Shown here: piece by piece, positions 10,601 to 19,318 of the stretch | How the letters are laid out: each line of letters opens with the position of its first letter | How positions within the stretch are numbered: position 1 is the stretch's first letter | Assembly: GCA_027339965.1 (NCBI GenBank) | Contig: DAHWNL010000073.1 | Coordinates: forward strand, 1,113-65,112 | From: Granulicella sp. | Lineage (GTDB): Bacteria > Acidobacteriota > Terriglobia > Terriglobales > Acidobacteriaceae | Length of the DNA stretch: 64,000 nt | Direction of reading: 5' to 3' | Made by a program: the position numbers and the translations under genes | Notes under the pieces: model-generated | The model's input: the letters and a program-made list of their open reading frames with translations, nothing else | The model's database searches: none | Told to the model about the DNA's origin: nothing

Positions 10601-10826
10601 GCTTATGACCGTAGTGGCGGTGCTGGCCAGCCTTGCGCCGATTCTTTGGGAGTCCGGAATCGGTTCTGATGTGATGAAGCCGATTGCCGCTCCGATTGTG
10701 GGAGGCATGATTACCTCCAGCATCAATGTCCTCATTCTCGTTCCCGTCTTCTTTGTCATGCTGAAGCAGCGGGCGATGAAGCGAGGACAACTCCATCCAT
10801 CGAATAAGGAAGACACAGGGTTGTGA
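7659..10826 (+). CDS. cusA: heavy-metal efflux RND transporter, CusA type
   Basis: 1055 aa. The TM4 block 'GGLALAIGVLVDASIVMVEN' resembles CusA rather than CzcA. Met residues sit at the three positions I recall for the E. coli CusA Cu(I)/Ag(I) triad ('LYMPT', 'PLDMYD', 'RLDMEL'). Confidence 0.95.
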   Translation: MMLSRIIDVCARNRFLVFTAVLLLTLAGIWSLKHIPLDALPDISDVQVIVHTSWAGEPPDVIEDQVTYPIVTSMLAAPHVKAVRAQTMFGDSYVYVVFQDGTDLYWARSRVLEYLDEISGQLPSSVHPVLGPDATGAGWVYEYAIVDKSHNLSLADLRTLQDWDLRYALETVPGVAEVATIGGYVKQYQVQLDPNKLLAYGIPLSTVIDRVKASTNEVGGRVLDLSGAQYMIRGLGYLHSLSDLANVAVGSKDGTPVLLSDLGTVSFGPDIREGVAEWNGDGETVGGIVVMRQGMNALDVINGVKAKLREIAPSLPPGVEIMPAYDRSGLIHASIQTLQRDLLEEAIIVSLVIIVFLFHFRSALIAILALPIAVVVSFIPMYLLGVSSNIMSLGGLALAIGVLVDASIVMVENGYRHLSERQEHDPAPVKEGERRRILISAAKQVGPALFFSLLIIVVSFLPVFLLQAQEGRMFRPLAWTKTLAVGSSSILAITLVPVLMVMLIRGKLRPENANPISRITQAIYLPVLRFCLRHRWLTIALNLIFLAVTLPLAFHLGSQFMPPLYEGSVLYMPTALPGISIGQAKVLLQEQDRIIRGFPEVVSVFGTAGRSDSATDNAPLDMYDTTIMLKPRKQWPAGMTYDKLIQQMDAKLQFPGLSNTWTMPVENRLDMELTGIKTPVGIKVQGPNIDGIQQVGAQIQSILSGMPQVRSIFAEKVAQGFYVNVEPNRPEIAKYGLTLADVQNAVASGIGGEDIAENVEGRDRFPINVRYERDFRNNIEAMGDVLIGTPSGAQIPLSQVARISFSKGPAMIRDEDGALTGYIYVDLNNTNYGGFVSSADQQLQQKLRLPAGYTYQWSGEYQFEQRAKQRLKLILPIVFCVILILLYLVFRSLAEALMLILPTAYALTGGLLLQWLLHYNFSVAVAVGYIALFGIAVETGVVMVVYLHEALEKRIAEGRVNTRDDLDAAAIEGAVLRLRPKLMTVVAVLASLAPILWESGIGSDVMKPIAAPIVGGMITSSINVLILVPVFFVMLKQRAMKRGQLHPSNKEDTGL

Positions 10827-10859
10827 GTGCAACAATCAACCTTTGAGGAGGCAATAGAG

Positions 10860-12032
10860 ATGTTTGCTGCGGTCGGTCACGCACTCATGATGTCGTTTGC
10901 CATGTTCTGGGAGATTCTCTGGGCGCTTATCCTGGGCTTCTCCCTTTCGGGAGTCGTTCAGGCAGTCGTTTCCAAAGAAGAAATGATCCGTCTGCTGCCT
11001 GATGACTCGCCGAGAACCCTTGCGATTGCAAGCGGACTCGGCGCGGCATCCTCATCCTGCTCTTACGCCGCAGTCGCCCTGGCGCGTTCGATGTTCCGGA
11101 AAGGCGCGAACTTCACGGCAGCCATGGCCTTTCAGTTTGCTTCCACAAATCTGGTGGTGGAACTGGGCATTCTGCTGGCCGTGCTGATGGGTTGGCAGTT
11201 CACTCTGGCAGAGTTCACCGGCGGCCCGCTGATGATCATCATCATGGCCGTTCTCTTCAGGGCATTTGTTACACCGAAGATCGTGGAGAAGGCCCGGCAA
11301 CAGGCGGAGAGAGGTTTGCAGGGACGGATGGAGGGCCACGCCGCCATGGACATGTCTCTCCACGAAGGAAGCCTCTGGCAGCGCATGATCTCTGCAAAAG
11401 GACGCACTGCAATCAGCCACTTCTTCGTGATGGACTGGGCATCGACCTGGCTCGACATCGGCGGTGGACTGCTAATCGCCGGAGCGTTGGCAGCCTGGGT
11501 GCCTCAAAGCTTTTGGCAAGCCTTCTTCCTGCATGGCCATCCTGTGTTGGCCAAATTATGGGGACCGGTTATAGGCCCAGCTGTAGCCATCCTGTCCTTC
11601 GTCTGCTCGGTCGGCAACGTACCTCTGGCAGCCGTGCTCTGGAACGGCGGTATCAGCTTTGGCGGAGTGGTGGCCTTTCTGTTCGCCGACCTGATCATCC
11701 TTCCGATCCTCAATATCTATCGCAAATACTATGGACTGAGGATCAGTGCGCTGCTCTTGGTTATTTTCTATGCTTCAATGACCGTTGCCGCGCTGGCTGT
11801 TGAGTTCGTCTTCGGAGCTTTCCATCTGATCCCTCAACAACGGCATGCGCAGATCGCCGAAGCTGCAATTCGCTGGAACTACACGACCGTGCTCAACATC
11901 GTCTTTCTGGTTTTTGCGTTGCTGGTGATCATTCGTTTTCTTCGCACCGGAGGCCCGGCCATGCTTCGCATGATGAACACCCATCAGGAAGGTGACGATC
12001 ACGGGCTGCATCACCACGGCCACGCGATGTAG
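10860..12032 (+). CDS. permease, DUF318/ArsP-like family, with His-rich C-terminal tail
   Basis: Polytopic membrane protein with the 'GLGAASSSCSYAA' block and a 'HQEGDDHGLHHHGHAM' tail. Start set at the ATG at 10860, 8 nt after the strong SD GAGGAGG (the ORF-track start 10827 is a GTG abutting the cusA stop). Confidence 0.75.
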   Translation: MFAAVGHALMMSFAMFWEILWALILGFSLSGVVQAVVSKEEMIRLLPDDSPRTLAIASGLGAASSSCSYAAVALARSMFRKGANFTAAMAFQFASTNLVVELGILLAVLMGWQFTLAEFTGGPLMIIIMAVLFRAFVTPKIVEKARQQAERGLQGRMEGHAAMDMSLHEGSLWQRMISAKGRTAISHFFVMDWASTWLDIGGGLLIAGALAAWVPQSFWQAFFLHGHPVLAKLWGPVIGPAVAILSFVCSVGNVPLAAVLWNGGISFGGVVAFLFADLIILPILNIYRKYYGLRISALLLVIFYASMTVAALAVEFVFGAFHLIPQQRHAQIAEAAIRWNYTTVLNIVFLVFALLVIIRFLRTGGPAMLRMMNTHQEGDDHGLHHHGHAM

Positions 12033-12082
12033 CAAAAAAGAGAATTCTGCCCTGCGACAGATAAAGGCGCACAGCAGGCTCA

Positions 12083-12110
12083 ATATACGACTTAATTGGT
12101 CGTATATAAT
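12083..12110. promoter_or_regulatory. perfect 9-bp inverted repeat (candidate operator) overlapping a consensus -10 hexamer
   Basis: ATATACGAC-N7-GTCGTATAT at 12083-12107. TATAAT at 12105-12110 overlaps the right arm. Located in the 63-bp gap upstream of the FTR1 gene. Confidence 0.45.
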
Positions 12111-13085
12111 ACTTCTGTGTATTTGGAATCGACCTCTCGCCCGTCGCAAGTCGTGAACTGGAGTTTCCGCATCCTTCTCGGGTCCGCTGCGCTGTTCCTG
12201 ATTATCGTTCTGATTTGGCAGGGGATAGTTTCCTCTGGATACCCAAATCCGATCGCTCACCAAGCAGGATCATTCGCTGGAATCCTCGATATTGGTGTCC
12301 TGGTCTTTCGCGAGGGGCTGGAGTGCGTTCTAGTACTTTCCGCGCTCACTGCGGGGATGGCAAAATCGGGGAATTCTTTCTATAGGCGTCCCGTGGCGGC
12401 CGGGATCGCTATTGGTTTTCTTGCGACGCTCGTCACATGGTTCATCGCGGTGAGCATCGTTGACGACCTGACGCAGAACATCAACGCTCTGTACGTCCAG
12501 GCCGGTACAGGATTGCTCGCGATTGTCGTGCTGCTGGTCGTGATGAATTGGTTTTTCCACAAACTTTACTGGACTGGGTGGATCTCCCTTCACAACAATC
12601 GAAAGCGAGAGCTGCTGAAGGAGGCTGAAAAGGGTACGGCATCTGAGCAGCGCCTTTTGCTGGGCATGGCTCTGCTTGGATTTACTTCCTTCTATCGCGA
12701 GGGCGTCGAGGTCGTTCTCTTTCTGCAAAGCTACCGTCTGAAGCTCGGCGGCGAGCCGGTGTTGTATGGTGTGATCCTCGGGGTCCTGTTCACCGGCATT
12801 GTTGCGATCCTCAACTTTTTTGCTCACTGCAAACTGCCGTACCGGAAGATGCTGGTGTTCACTGGGGCAATGCTTGGGGCGGTCTTGCTCGTCATGGTGG
12901 GCGAGCAGGCACAGGAGATGCAGGTCGCCCATTGGCTTCCGACAACCACCATTCCGTTGCTGGCGAACCATATCCCTGCGTGGATGGGCCTTTGGTTCTC
13001 CGTGTTTCCGACAGTGGAAACGCTGGCAGCGCAGACCCTTGCTGCTGCCCTTGTCTTAGGTTCGTACTTTATAGCCCGAAAGTGA
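12096..13085 (+). CDS. FTR1-family iron/metal permease (EfeU-like)
   Basis: Two REGLE-type motifs ('FREGLECV', 'YREGVEVV') in a 7-TM-like protein. The true start is probably downstream (GTG at 12117 or 12153), because the TTG at 12096 lies inside the palindrome/promoter. Confidence 0.8.
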   Translation: MVVYNTSVYLESTSRPSQVVNWSFRILLGSAALFLIIVLIWQGIVSSGYPNPIAHQAGSFAGILDIGVLVFREGLECVLVLSALTAGMAKSGNSFYRRPVAAGIAIGFLATLVTWFIAVSIVDDLTQNINALYVQAGTGLLAIVVLLVVMNWFFHKLYWTGWISLHNNRKRELLKEAEKGTASEQRLLLGMALLGFTSFYREGVEVVLFLQSYRLKLGGEPVLYGVILGVLFTGIVAILNFFAHCKLPYRKMLVFTGAMLGAVLLVMVGEQAQEMQVAHWLPTTTIPLLANHIPAWMGLWFSVFPTVETLAAQTLAAALVLGSYFIARK

Positions 13086-13162
13086 CCTACGATCTGGACG
13101 CCGGCGTCCGCGGCTCGCCTCCGCTCGCGGGCCATCTTTGAACAAGGCAGAATAGAGACTGA

Positions 13163-13801
13163 ATGAACCGCTCTCTTCCGATCATCAATACGCAAGACCG
13201 CGGATGTACGCCGCCGTCGGATGCACCCAGGATTGTCTTCTGGCTGCAGGGATTGACGCTTGCGTGGATGCTGGCAGAATGTGGAATAGCACTCTATGCT
13301 GCCGCCACAGCTCACAGCATTGCGCTGCTGGCCTTTGGTGCAGACAGCCTGGTGGAGCTTCTCTCGGCAGCCGTTGCTTTGATGTCGTTTTTGCCTGCAT
13401 TTGCGCTTAACAAGACGCGGGCTGCGCGTTGGGCAGGCCTTCTTCTCTTTGCTCTGGCTGGGGTTGTGGCTGCCGCCGCGATCGCAGCTCTCGTGACGGG
13501 TATTCGGCCTCTCACGAGCCCAGCCGGGATCGCGGTCACTATCGCCGCGCTCATTGTGATGCCGACGCTCGCCTGGCTCAAGCACAGAACGGCAAAGACA
13601 ACGGAGAATCGTGCATTAGCCGCGGATGCCGTTCAATCGGCAACATGCGCGTATCTGGCGGGCATTACCCTTCTGGGACTTGGCATCAATGCAGCCTTCC
13701 ACATCGGCTGGATGGATTCCATTGCAGCCTTGGCGGCAGTTCCTTTCCTGATCATCGAGGGTCGTCGTGCTCTCCGCGGTGAGAGCTGCGGGTGCTGTTG
13801 A
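13163..13801 (+). CDS. cation-efflux (CDF)-like membrane protein, transmembrane domain only
   Basis: About 6 TM segments with a CDF-like 'HSIALLAFGADSLVE' block, no cytoplasmic C-terminal domain, and a 'GESCGCC' end. Confidence 0.6.
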   Translation: MNRSLPIINTQDRGCTPPSDAPRIVFWLQGLTLAWMLAECGIALYAAATAHSIALLAFGADSLVELLSAAVALMSFLPAFALNKTRAARWAGLLLFALAGVVAAAAIAALVTGIRPLTSPAGIAVTIAALIVMPTLAWLKHRTAKTTENRALAADAVQSATCAYLAGITLLGLGINAAFHIGWMDSIAALAAVPFLIIEGRRALRGESCGCC

Positions 13802-13907
13802 GTGCAGCAGCTTCAATCATGGCGTGACCCAGAGGTTATCCCATCGTCAAGGCTGTGTAGATTGCACTCGAAAGAAGGCGGACATAACTGGGAACTTCTA
13901 AAGCCCC

Positions 13908-14477
13908 TCAAGCTGCCTCATCCCCTTCTTCGACCTCGCCTTCGGCATACGCCTCCCGGAGGATCTCCTCGTCCTCGTCGGTCTCCGATACCACAATGGC
14001 AGAACGCACGCTCCCGGCAGCCGATCCATCGTCTCCATGGGATCTGACAGGCTCTGGAGCTGTGTCGAACAGGCCAGCCGCTCTGGGAGGCTCGGCTTTC
14101 GCCGGAGCCGGAGCTTCCGACGCCACGGCTGGCTTGCTGGAATTCACGGCCGGATCCTTCTTCGTGATCTGGCTTCCGGACTTCTTTCTCGCTTCGGCGT
14201 TGGCGGCTTTGGAAGCCGCCTCCATTTCGGCTTTGGCCCGTTCTAGCGAGTTCTTCAGTTCGAGGTGGCTGGAGACGAAATGGAGCAGGGTCTGGGGAAG
14301 TTCTCTGTCAAGATCCTCGACAGTGCCGGTCACGCTGACCGGCGTTGTGAGAGCGTCGTTCTCACCGTCGGTGATCTTCTTCGGAATAACGTTCACGCGA
14401 AACCGGTCGTCTTCGACATGGCTTACGGTGAAGAGGACGGCGCGATGCCGCACGAGCGGCGCGAGTTCTTTGAACAT
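13908..14477 (-). CDS. PRTRC system protein E-like
   Basis: 'MFKELAPLV...VNVIPKK...ALTTPVSVTGTVEDLDRELP' followed by a low-complexity acidic tail matches my memory of PRTRC protein E. Start trimmed to the ATG at 14477, which has an upstream GGAGGA. Confidence 0.55.
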   Translation of the reverse strand: MFKELAPLVRHRAVLFTVSHVEDDRFRVNVIPKKITDGENDALTTPVSVTGTVEDLDRELPQTLLHFVSSHLELKNSLERAKAEMEAASKAANAEARKKSGSQITKKDPAVNSSKPAVASEAPAPAKAEPPRAAGLFDTAPEPVRSHGDDGSAAGSVRSAIVVSETDEDEEILREAYAEGEVEEGDEAA

Positions 14478-14633
14478 CGGGATGAATCCTCCGGGATGGA
14501 ATTGGATTTTGACTTCGAAAACAGATCTCCAAGGCCGTAGCATTGCGCCCTTCAGAGAAGTCCAAAACGTGTTACGACAAGAGCCCTGTTCGGTTCCTGC
14601 TCAAGCAAGGCCTCGGGCGAGTATTCTGGCGCT

Positions 14634-15353
14634 ATGAAACCGCAGGTTCATCCTCGAAACCGGCCCGCCCTGGACCAGTCGCTCTCGGACGCGGAATATG
14701 ACCGTCTGGAAGCAATCCTCCGAGGTCTTTCCGGGGAAAGCACCATGAATCTCGAAGAGATGGACGGGTTCTTCGCAGCGCTCATCTGCGGACCGGTGGC
14801 GGTTCCTCCAAGCGCATACCTTGACGAGATCTGGGGTGGCGGTCCGGGTCCGTTCTCCACCGAAGCGGAACTCCGGGAATTCCTCAATCTGGCCATGCGC
14901 CACTGGAATTTTATCGCCCGGGCGCTGGCTACCCCGGATCTGGTCTTCATTCCCCGGCTTATCCTCGAAGAGGACGAGGCAATCCCGCGGGGGAATCGCT
15001 GGGCGCGCAGCTTTCTGCGAGGCGTCGGCCTCTGCCGCAAGGCATGGGATGAGATCTTTGACGACGAGAACAGGTTTGCCATCCTGTTGCCGGTTCTGGC
15101 TCTGGCGCATGAGAACGATCCCGACCCGGAGTTGCGGTCGTGGAAGACTCCGCCGGAAGCCCAATTGCGAAAAGAAGTACTCGCAGGACTATCTGTCGCT
15201 ACGCAGCGGCTCTGGGACTACTTCCGCTCAGGTAGCAGCAGGACGTCCGCCCGCCCCCCCGCAACCAAGTCGAAAATCGGCCGCAACGATCCCTGCTACT
15301 GTGGTTCCGGGAAGAAGTACAAGCGCTGCTGCGGCAACGTCACCGTGCACTGA
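14634..15353 (+). CDS. UPF0149/YecA-like protein with C-terminal SEC-C motif
   Basis: 'MDGFFAALICGP' block and C-terminal 'NDPCYCGSGKKYKRCCG'. Confidence 0.8.
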   Translation: MKPQVHPRNRPALDQSLSDAEYDRLEAILRGLSGESTMNLEEMDGFFAALICGPVAVPPSAYLDEIWGGGPGPFSTEAELREFLNLAMRHWNFIARALATPDLVFIPRLILEEDEAIPRGNRWARSFLRGVGLCRKAWDEIFDDENRFAILLPVLALAHENDPDPELRSWKTPPEAQLRKEVLAGLSVATQRLWDYFRSGSSRTSARPPATKSKIGRNDPCYCGSGKKYKRCCGNVTVH

Positions 15354-15440
15354 GCGGCCGCCTGCGCTCCGGAAAGTTGAGCGATCGGAGAAGGGGACCC
15401 TGTCACACCTGGATGATTGCCGCGCCAGACTTCCGGGACA

Positions 15441-15890
15441 CTATGACGGCGCCAGGATTTCGAGCTTCGGGAAATAGGTCCGATAGCGCGCAGCATCGCG
15501 CGTGAGCAGGGCCAGCCGCTCGATGGCCGCGTGCGCTCCGATATAAAAGTCCGGAAGCGGTGTAGCCCGCCGGCCGCCTCGCCGGCGATAGCTCAGGAAG
15601 CACTTGCCGGCAAGGAACCCGGCCTCCCATGGCAGAGCTTCCCGCTCGTAGGAAGCAAGGGGGAGAGCAGCGTCCAGAGCTTCAATGGTGCTGAATCCGA
15701 TCGATACATCGGCATAGACAATGGGATTGATAATCAGGACCGTGCGTTCGGCACATTCAGCCAGTGCCTGCGCCGACCACTCTGCCCATTTGGCGTCATT
15801 GGTTGCAATATCCAGGAGTATATTGCTGTCGACGAGAACGCCGCGGCAGTTGCTTAGGCGGGAGGACAGGTTACCGAGTGCGATCGTCAT
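15441..15890 (-). CDS. vapC: PIN-domain toxin (VapC family)
   Basis: 'VLVDSNILLD' PIN N-terminal acidic motif. 4-nt overlap with the upstream antitoxin gene. Confidence 0.8.
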   Translation of the reverse strand: MTIALGNLSSRLSNCRGVLVDSNILLDIATNDAKWAEWSAQALAECAERTVLIINPIVYADVSIGFSTIEALDAALPLASYEREALPWEAGFLAGKCFLSYRRRGGRRATPLPDFYIGAHAAIERLALLTRDAARYRTYFPKLEILAPS

Positions 15891-16147
15891 TTTCCCTTCG
15901 CGCCCGACCGGCTGCCTCCGCGGGTCAGTGCCATGATTTCATCCGTCGAGAGGCGTGTATCGGCCGAGCCGCGCAGCGCCCTGAGCGCCCTCTGACCCCG
16001 AACACCGTATCCTTCTGTGCGTCTGGCTTTGCGAATCCGGGCATGGTCGCCGCTCACTTCGAACTCGACCTCGGTATGGGGCAGAAGGCCCAGCTGGTTC
16101 CTGACTTCCTGAGGAATGGTGACCTGACCCTTGCTCGTGATCTGCAT
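15887..16147 (-). CDS. vapB: AbrB/MazE/SpoVT-type antitoxin (VapB)
   Basis: 'MQITSKGQVTIPQEVRNQLGL' swapped-hairpin DNA-binding motif. Overlaps the PIN gene. Confidence 0.8.
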   Translation of the reverse strand: MQITSKGQVTIPQEVRNQLGLLPHTEVEFEVSGDHARIRKARRTEGYGVRGQRALRALRGSADTRLSTDEIMALTRGGSRSGAKGK

Positions 16148-16206
16148 CGGTAATACTCCTACTGGTAAGGGTAGTAGTCATCGATGGGGAAAGCAAGCAA
16201 CGTCGA

Positions 16207-17100
16207 CTAGAGCCCGGATTCCGTTCGACGGACATCGCCCCGGGACTCCCGCCTCGATGTCCATTCTGACCGGTCCCAGCCACCCATCGAATCGGGAAGC
16301 GCACGCTTCCTTTGCGATTTTCGTACCCGGCGCCACAATTCGGGGTCCACAGGAAGGGGGGTCACCTGTCCGGTGGCAGCATTAAAAAATCCGCCGTGAT
16401 GGCAAAGTCTGCCGTAGCGGAAGAGTCTCGCCAGCATGGCCAAGGCGCTTGTAGCGAGCGTTTGATTGATGAACGGCTCCTGCCGTTCGAGCGCCTCGAC
16501 GGCAGAGCAACTGGGCAGAGGGTCTTCGCCGGCTGCGGCATCGGCAATCTCCGGATAGAGCTCGCTGACCGTCCGCAGCCGTTCCGCCTTGCGGCGGTTC
16601 CTACCATTGAGCGGCTGGCCCAGTACGAACTGTCCGCTCGACGCGTTGTTGCCGAGATCGAGCCAGTACGTGACATAGCTCGACTTCCTGGTCACGCTTC
16701 GCTCAATGACACCGCGTGCCCCCCGCGTGTCCACACACCCAATCAGAAGATCTGGGCTGTGGTCATGATTCGGCCGGACCGTCGTCTCATCAAAGCACGT
16801 AGGTTGGGCATTCCACTTCGTCCCCCAGAACAGGTTGATGCGGTTGATCAGGACCGTCGCCTTGTTCTGTCCCACATCGGACCACGAGAACGGCTGCCGA
16901 ACGCAATTGGTTTCAGAGACCGTGTCCCCATCCATGAGGGTGACTTCGAGACCATAGGGATGTCCCCATGCCCGCATCGCCTGGTGGAGATACGGCAACC
17001 CCATTACGATGGCGCTCCCCGTGCCACCGGCGCCCACCACCAGAATCCTCAAGGGCTGGCGACCGAGCAGACCGGACGGGAGAAGATGCTCGATGCGCAT
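16207..17100 (-). CDS. PRTRC system ThiF-family (E1-like) protein
   Basis: Rossmann 'ILVVGAGGTGSAIV' and 'LMDGDTVSETNCVRQ', typical of ThiF/MoeB/E1 adenylating enzymes. Sits immediately downstream of the E2-like gene. Confidence 0.8.
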   Translation of the reverse strand: MRIEHLLPSGLLGRQPLRILVVGAGGTGSAIVMGLPYLHQAMRAWGHPYGLEVTLMDGDTVSETNCVRQPFSWSDVGQNKATVLINRINLFWGTKWNAQPTCFDETTVRPNHDHSPDLLIGCVDTRGARGVIERSVTRKSSYVTYWLDLGNNASSGQFVLGQPLNGRNRRKAERLRTVSELYPEIADAAAGEDPLPSCSAVEALERQEPFINQTLATSALAMLARLFRYGRLCHHGGFFNAATGQVTPLPVDPELWRRVRKSQRKRALPDSMGGWDRSEWTSRRESRGDVRRTESGL

Positions 17101-17106
17101 CGCTCG

Positions 17107-17814
17107 CTACCTCCCCTGAATGAATTGCGCGAGCGTCTGCGGCAAGCGAATCAGCGCATCGGCAGGAAACGGCCGCCGCTTGCCGGCAAGCTCGGCCCAC
17201 AGAGCATCGTGGCCGCCCTTGTGACGCGTGACTCTTCCCACATTGGCGTGCGTGAACGCGCTTTCGTAGAATCCCTGCTCCCAAGCTCCGATCGATGTCA
17301 CCGATGCAGTCTCGGGACAGCGCATCGATCCCAGGCACACACGGCCGTCATCCGAGAGATTCCAGAAGGGAGCGACGGCAAGCGCGGTTTCAGCGTCTGG
17401 CCGTTTATTCTCGCAGATCGCCCGGATCTTCAGGTCTCCCTGCGCCACCCTCCACACGAGCGGTGGCTGCGGGAAGACTTTGCCATTGAGGCGCTCCGCC
17501 TTGCCCTCGACGTTCTCGAAGAACATGCGTCGCGCGCGCCGCGGCGTCCACCAGACGATCATTCGGTCCGTTTTCGCCAGAACGTTTTCCGACAGTATCT
17601 CGGCTACAGCGCCACCGGACAGCGACTCTGCCAAGTCTTCGATGAAAGCGGACGTCAATGGTTGCGCCGGTCCGAGTGTTGGCGGACCTTGTGGCTGCGC
17701 CGTTACCGTGTGCCAGGTGATAAAGCTGCGCCGGTTCTCGCGGTAGACGAGCAGCGCGTCACGCAACTCGAAGCGATGCATCTCCCCGATCGCGATCTCA
17801 ACTTTCATTTCCAT
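17107..17814 (-). CDS. PRTRC system protein B-like (E2/UBC-like fold predicted)
   Basis: 'APFWNLSDDGRVCLGS' resembles the E2 'HPN...G.ICL' catalytic-Cys flap. Start trimmed to the ATG at 17814 (17808 is also possible). Confidence 0.6.
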   Translation of the reverse strand: MEMKVEIAIGEMHRFELRDALLVYRENRRSFITWHTVTAQPQGPPTLGPAQPLTSAFIEDLAESLSGGAVAEILSENVLAKTDRMIVWWTPRRARRMFFENVEGKAERLNGKVFPQPPLVWRVAQGDLKIRAICENKRPDAETALAVAPFWNLSDDGRVCLGSMRCPETASVTSIGAWEQGFYESAFTHANVGRVTRHKGGHDALWAELAGKRRPFPADALIRLPQTLAQFIQGR

Positions 17815-18901
17815 CCTTCTCCCACGCCTGGAGTTCTTCAATCAATTGGCAGACCTCCCGGTTCACAAGCACAAAACGCTCGGCGGCACGTATCGCCGCA
17901 GAGCACTCTTCCGGATTGTCGAGTCTGAACACCGCACAGAAGGCCGGTTCCGCGGAGCCTTCCAGCATGTGCTGGCTCTCTTCGTCGAAACAGGCCGCTA
18001 CGGCGTCATGCTCCTCGAAGACGATCAGGAGCGCCGGCAAGGGCGGTCCGTCGTAATACCCGTCGTAGTCTGCCGGTTCAAACGATCTCGCTTTGACCCT
18101 CGAGAGCCTGGCAATCGTCTCGACGTGCCGAATCCAGTTCCGGTACTGTCCATTGCGATGACGCCAGAGCAAGCGCCGGTAATCGGGACGCCAGTGTTCC
18201 GATTCGTGTTTGAGACTCCTGCGGATGCACTCGGGCAACGCCTTCTCGACCTCAGGAAACTCGTACTGATCCCGATTGGCCGGGTCGTCTTCCTGGGCAT
18301 ACTCGATCAGGTTTTCCTCATAGGCTTGCGCGTCGCTGTGGTCGTAGATCCGCATCACGCGATAGAGCGAACGGATGAGCGTCCAATAAAAGGCCGCACC
18401 CAGACCTTCTTCCTCTGATTCGAGGGCCCGCAATGCCGGACCCATCTTGAGATAGCCGCAGCCGCTGCAGTGGATGGTGATCGCCAACTGTCCCGTGTTG
18501 AGGCCGGCGCTGTCCGCGCCGACCACATCCGTGACTTCGAGGTGATATTCGACATTGCGTTCGAGGAGATCAATGGTCTCCTTGCCGATCCGATTCGCAA
18601 TGGAGCGCCGTGCAAAGGCAAGCGGGTCTTCGCCGCACTCGGTCCACAGCGCCGGTGTGCCCAGCCCCATCCGGACTAGAGTCGCGCATAGTACATAGAG
18701 CATTTCGCCGTTGACTTCATGGCTGTAGGTGGCGGGCTGACGGTTTAAGGATGGCAATGCCTGAGAGAAGGCCGGGGCCAGAGTCGCTATTGAAGGGGCG
18801 GCAGGAATTCCGTAGGCGCCGGCAAGGCCCGCACGTTGTCCGCGTGATAGCGACCGAGCGCGCTGGTCACGGCGTCCGCGAGTTCGAGAGATTCTTTGCA
18901 T
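17798..18901 (-). CDS. PRTRC system protein F-like
   Basis: 367-aa ORF between the Ub-like and E2-like genes, the position protein F occupies in PRTRC cassettes as I recall them. No catalytic motif recognised. Confidence 0.5.
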   Translation of the reverse strand: MQRISRTRGRRDQRARSLSRGQRAGLAGAYGIPAAPSIATLAPAFSQALPSLNRQPATYSHEVNGEMLYVLCATLVRMGLGTPALWTECGEDPLAFARRSIANRIGKETIDLLERNVEYHLEVTDVVGADSAGLNTGQLAITIHCSGCGYLKMGPALRALESEEEGLGAAFYWTLIRSLYRVMRIYDHSDAQAYEENLIEYAQEDDPANRDQYEFPEVEKALPECIRRSLKHESEHWRPDYRRLLWRHRNGQYRNWIRHVETIARLSRVKARSFEPADYDGYYDGPPLPALLIVFEEHDAVAACFDEESQHMLEGSAEPAFCAVFRLDNPEECSAAIRAAERFVLVNREVCQLIEELQAWEKDGNES

Positions 18902-19007
18902 CGGAGGTGCCTCACCAGAAGCTCATTCTGTCGGCTCGGAGGAGCCGCGGCCCTGTCCTTGAAAGCAGCGATCAGTTCCTCCGTGCTCTTTTGCTGGCGC
19001 CGCACGG

Positions 19008-19220
19008 CTATCCCTTCGAACCGATGGCCCGGTTGAACGTGTAGCGAAGAGCGCTGCCCGTATCCTCCGGCCCTTCGAGGGTCGCAGTCGCAATCTCAGG
19101 CCAGGTCGGGGTAAGCAACTCGCGCACCTGCTCGACGGACAAATTGGGAGCGGGATCAGGAATTCGAGTTCCGTTGTAGAAGAATTCGCGCTGCAGTGCT
19201 TCAACTTTGAGACCACTCAT
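19008..19220 (-). CDS. PRTRC system protein C-like (ubiquitin-like beta-grasp)
   Basis: 70 aa ending in '...AIGSKG' directly before the stop. First gene of the cassette. Confidence 0.6.
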   Translation of the reverse strand: MSGLKVEALQREFFYNGTRIPDPAPNLSVEQVRELLTPTWPEIATATLEGPEDTGSALRYTFNRAIGSKG

Positions 19221-19318
19221 GAATAGCTTCTCCTTGGTCGTCGAGAATTGGTCGACGTGGGATTTATGCCGGAAATCTGATTCAATGGACAGGAACCACT
19301 GACTTTGAAAGGACCGGA

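Noticed and set aside
13096-13109. Perfect palindrome GGACGCCGGCGTCC just after the FTR1 stop, considered as a terminator
   Set aside because: It can form only a 5-bp stem with a 4-nt loop, and no U-tract follows. That is insufficient for an intrinsic terminator call.
16312-17928. 538-aa plus-strand ORF
   Set aside because: It lies antisense to the ThiF-like and E2-like genes, which have clear motifs. The translation is Arg/Pro/Gly-rich low-complexity sequence typical of shadow ORFs in GC-rich DNA.
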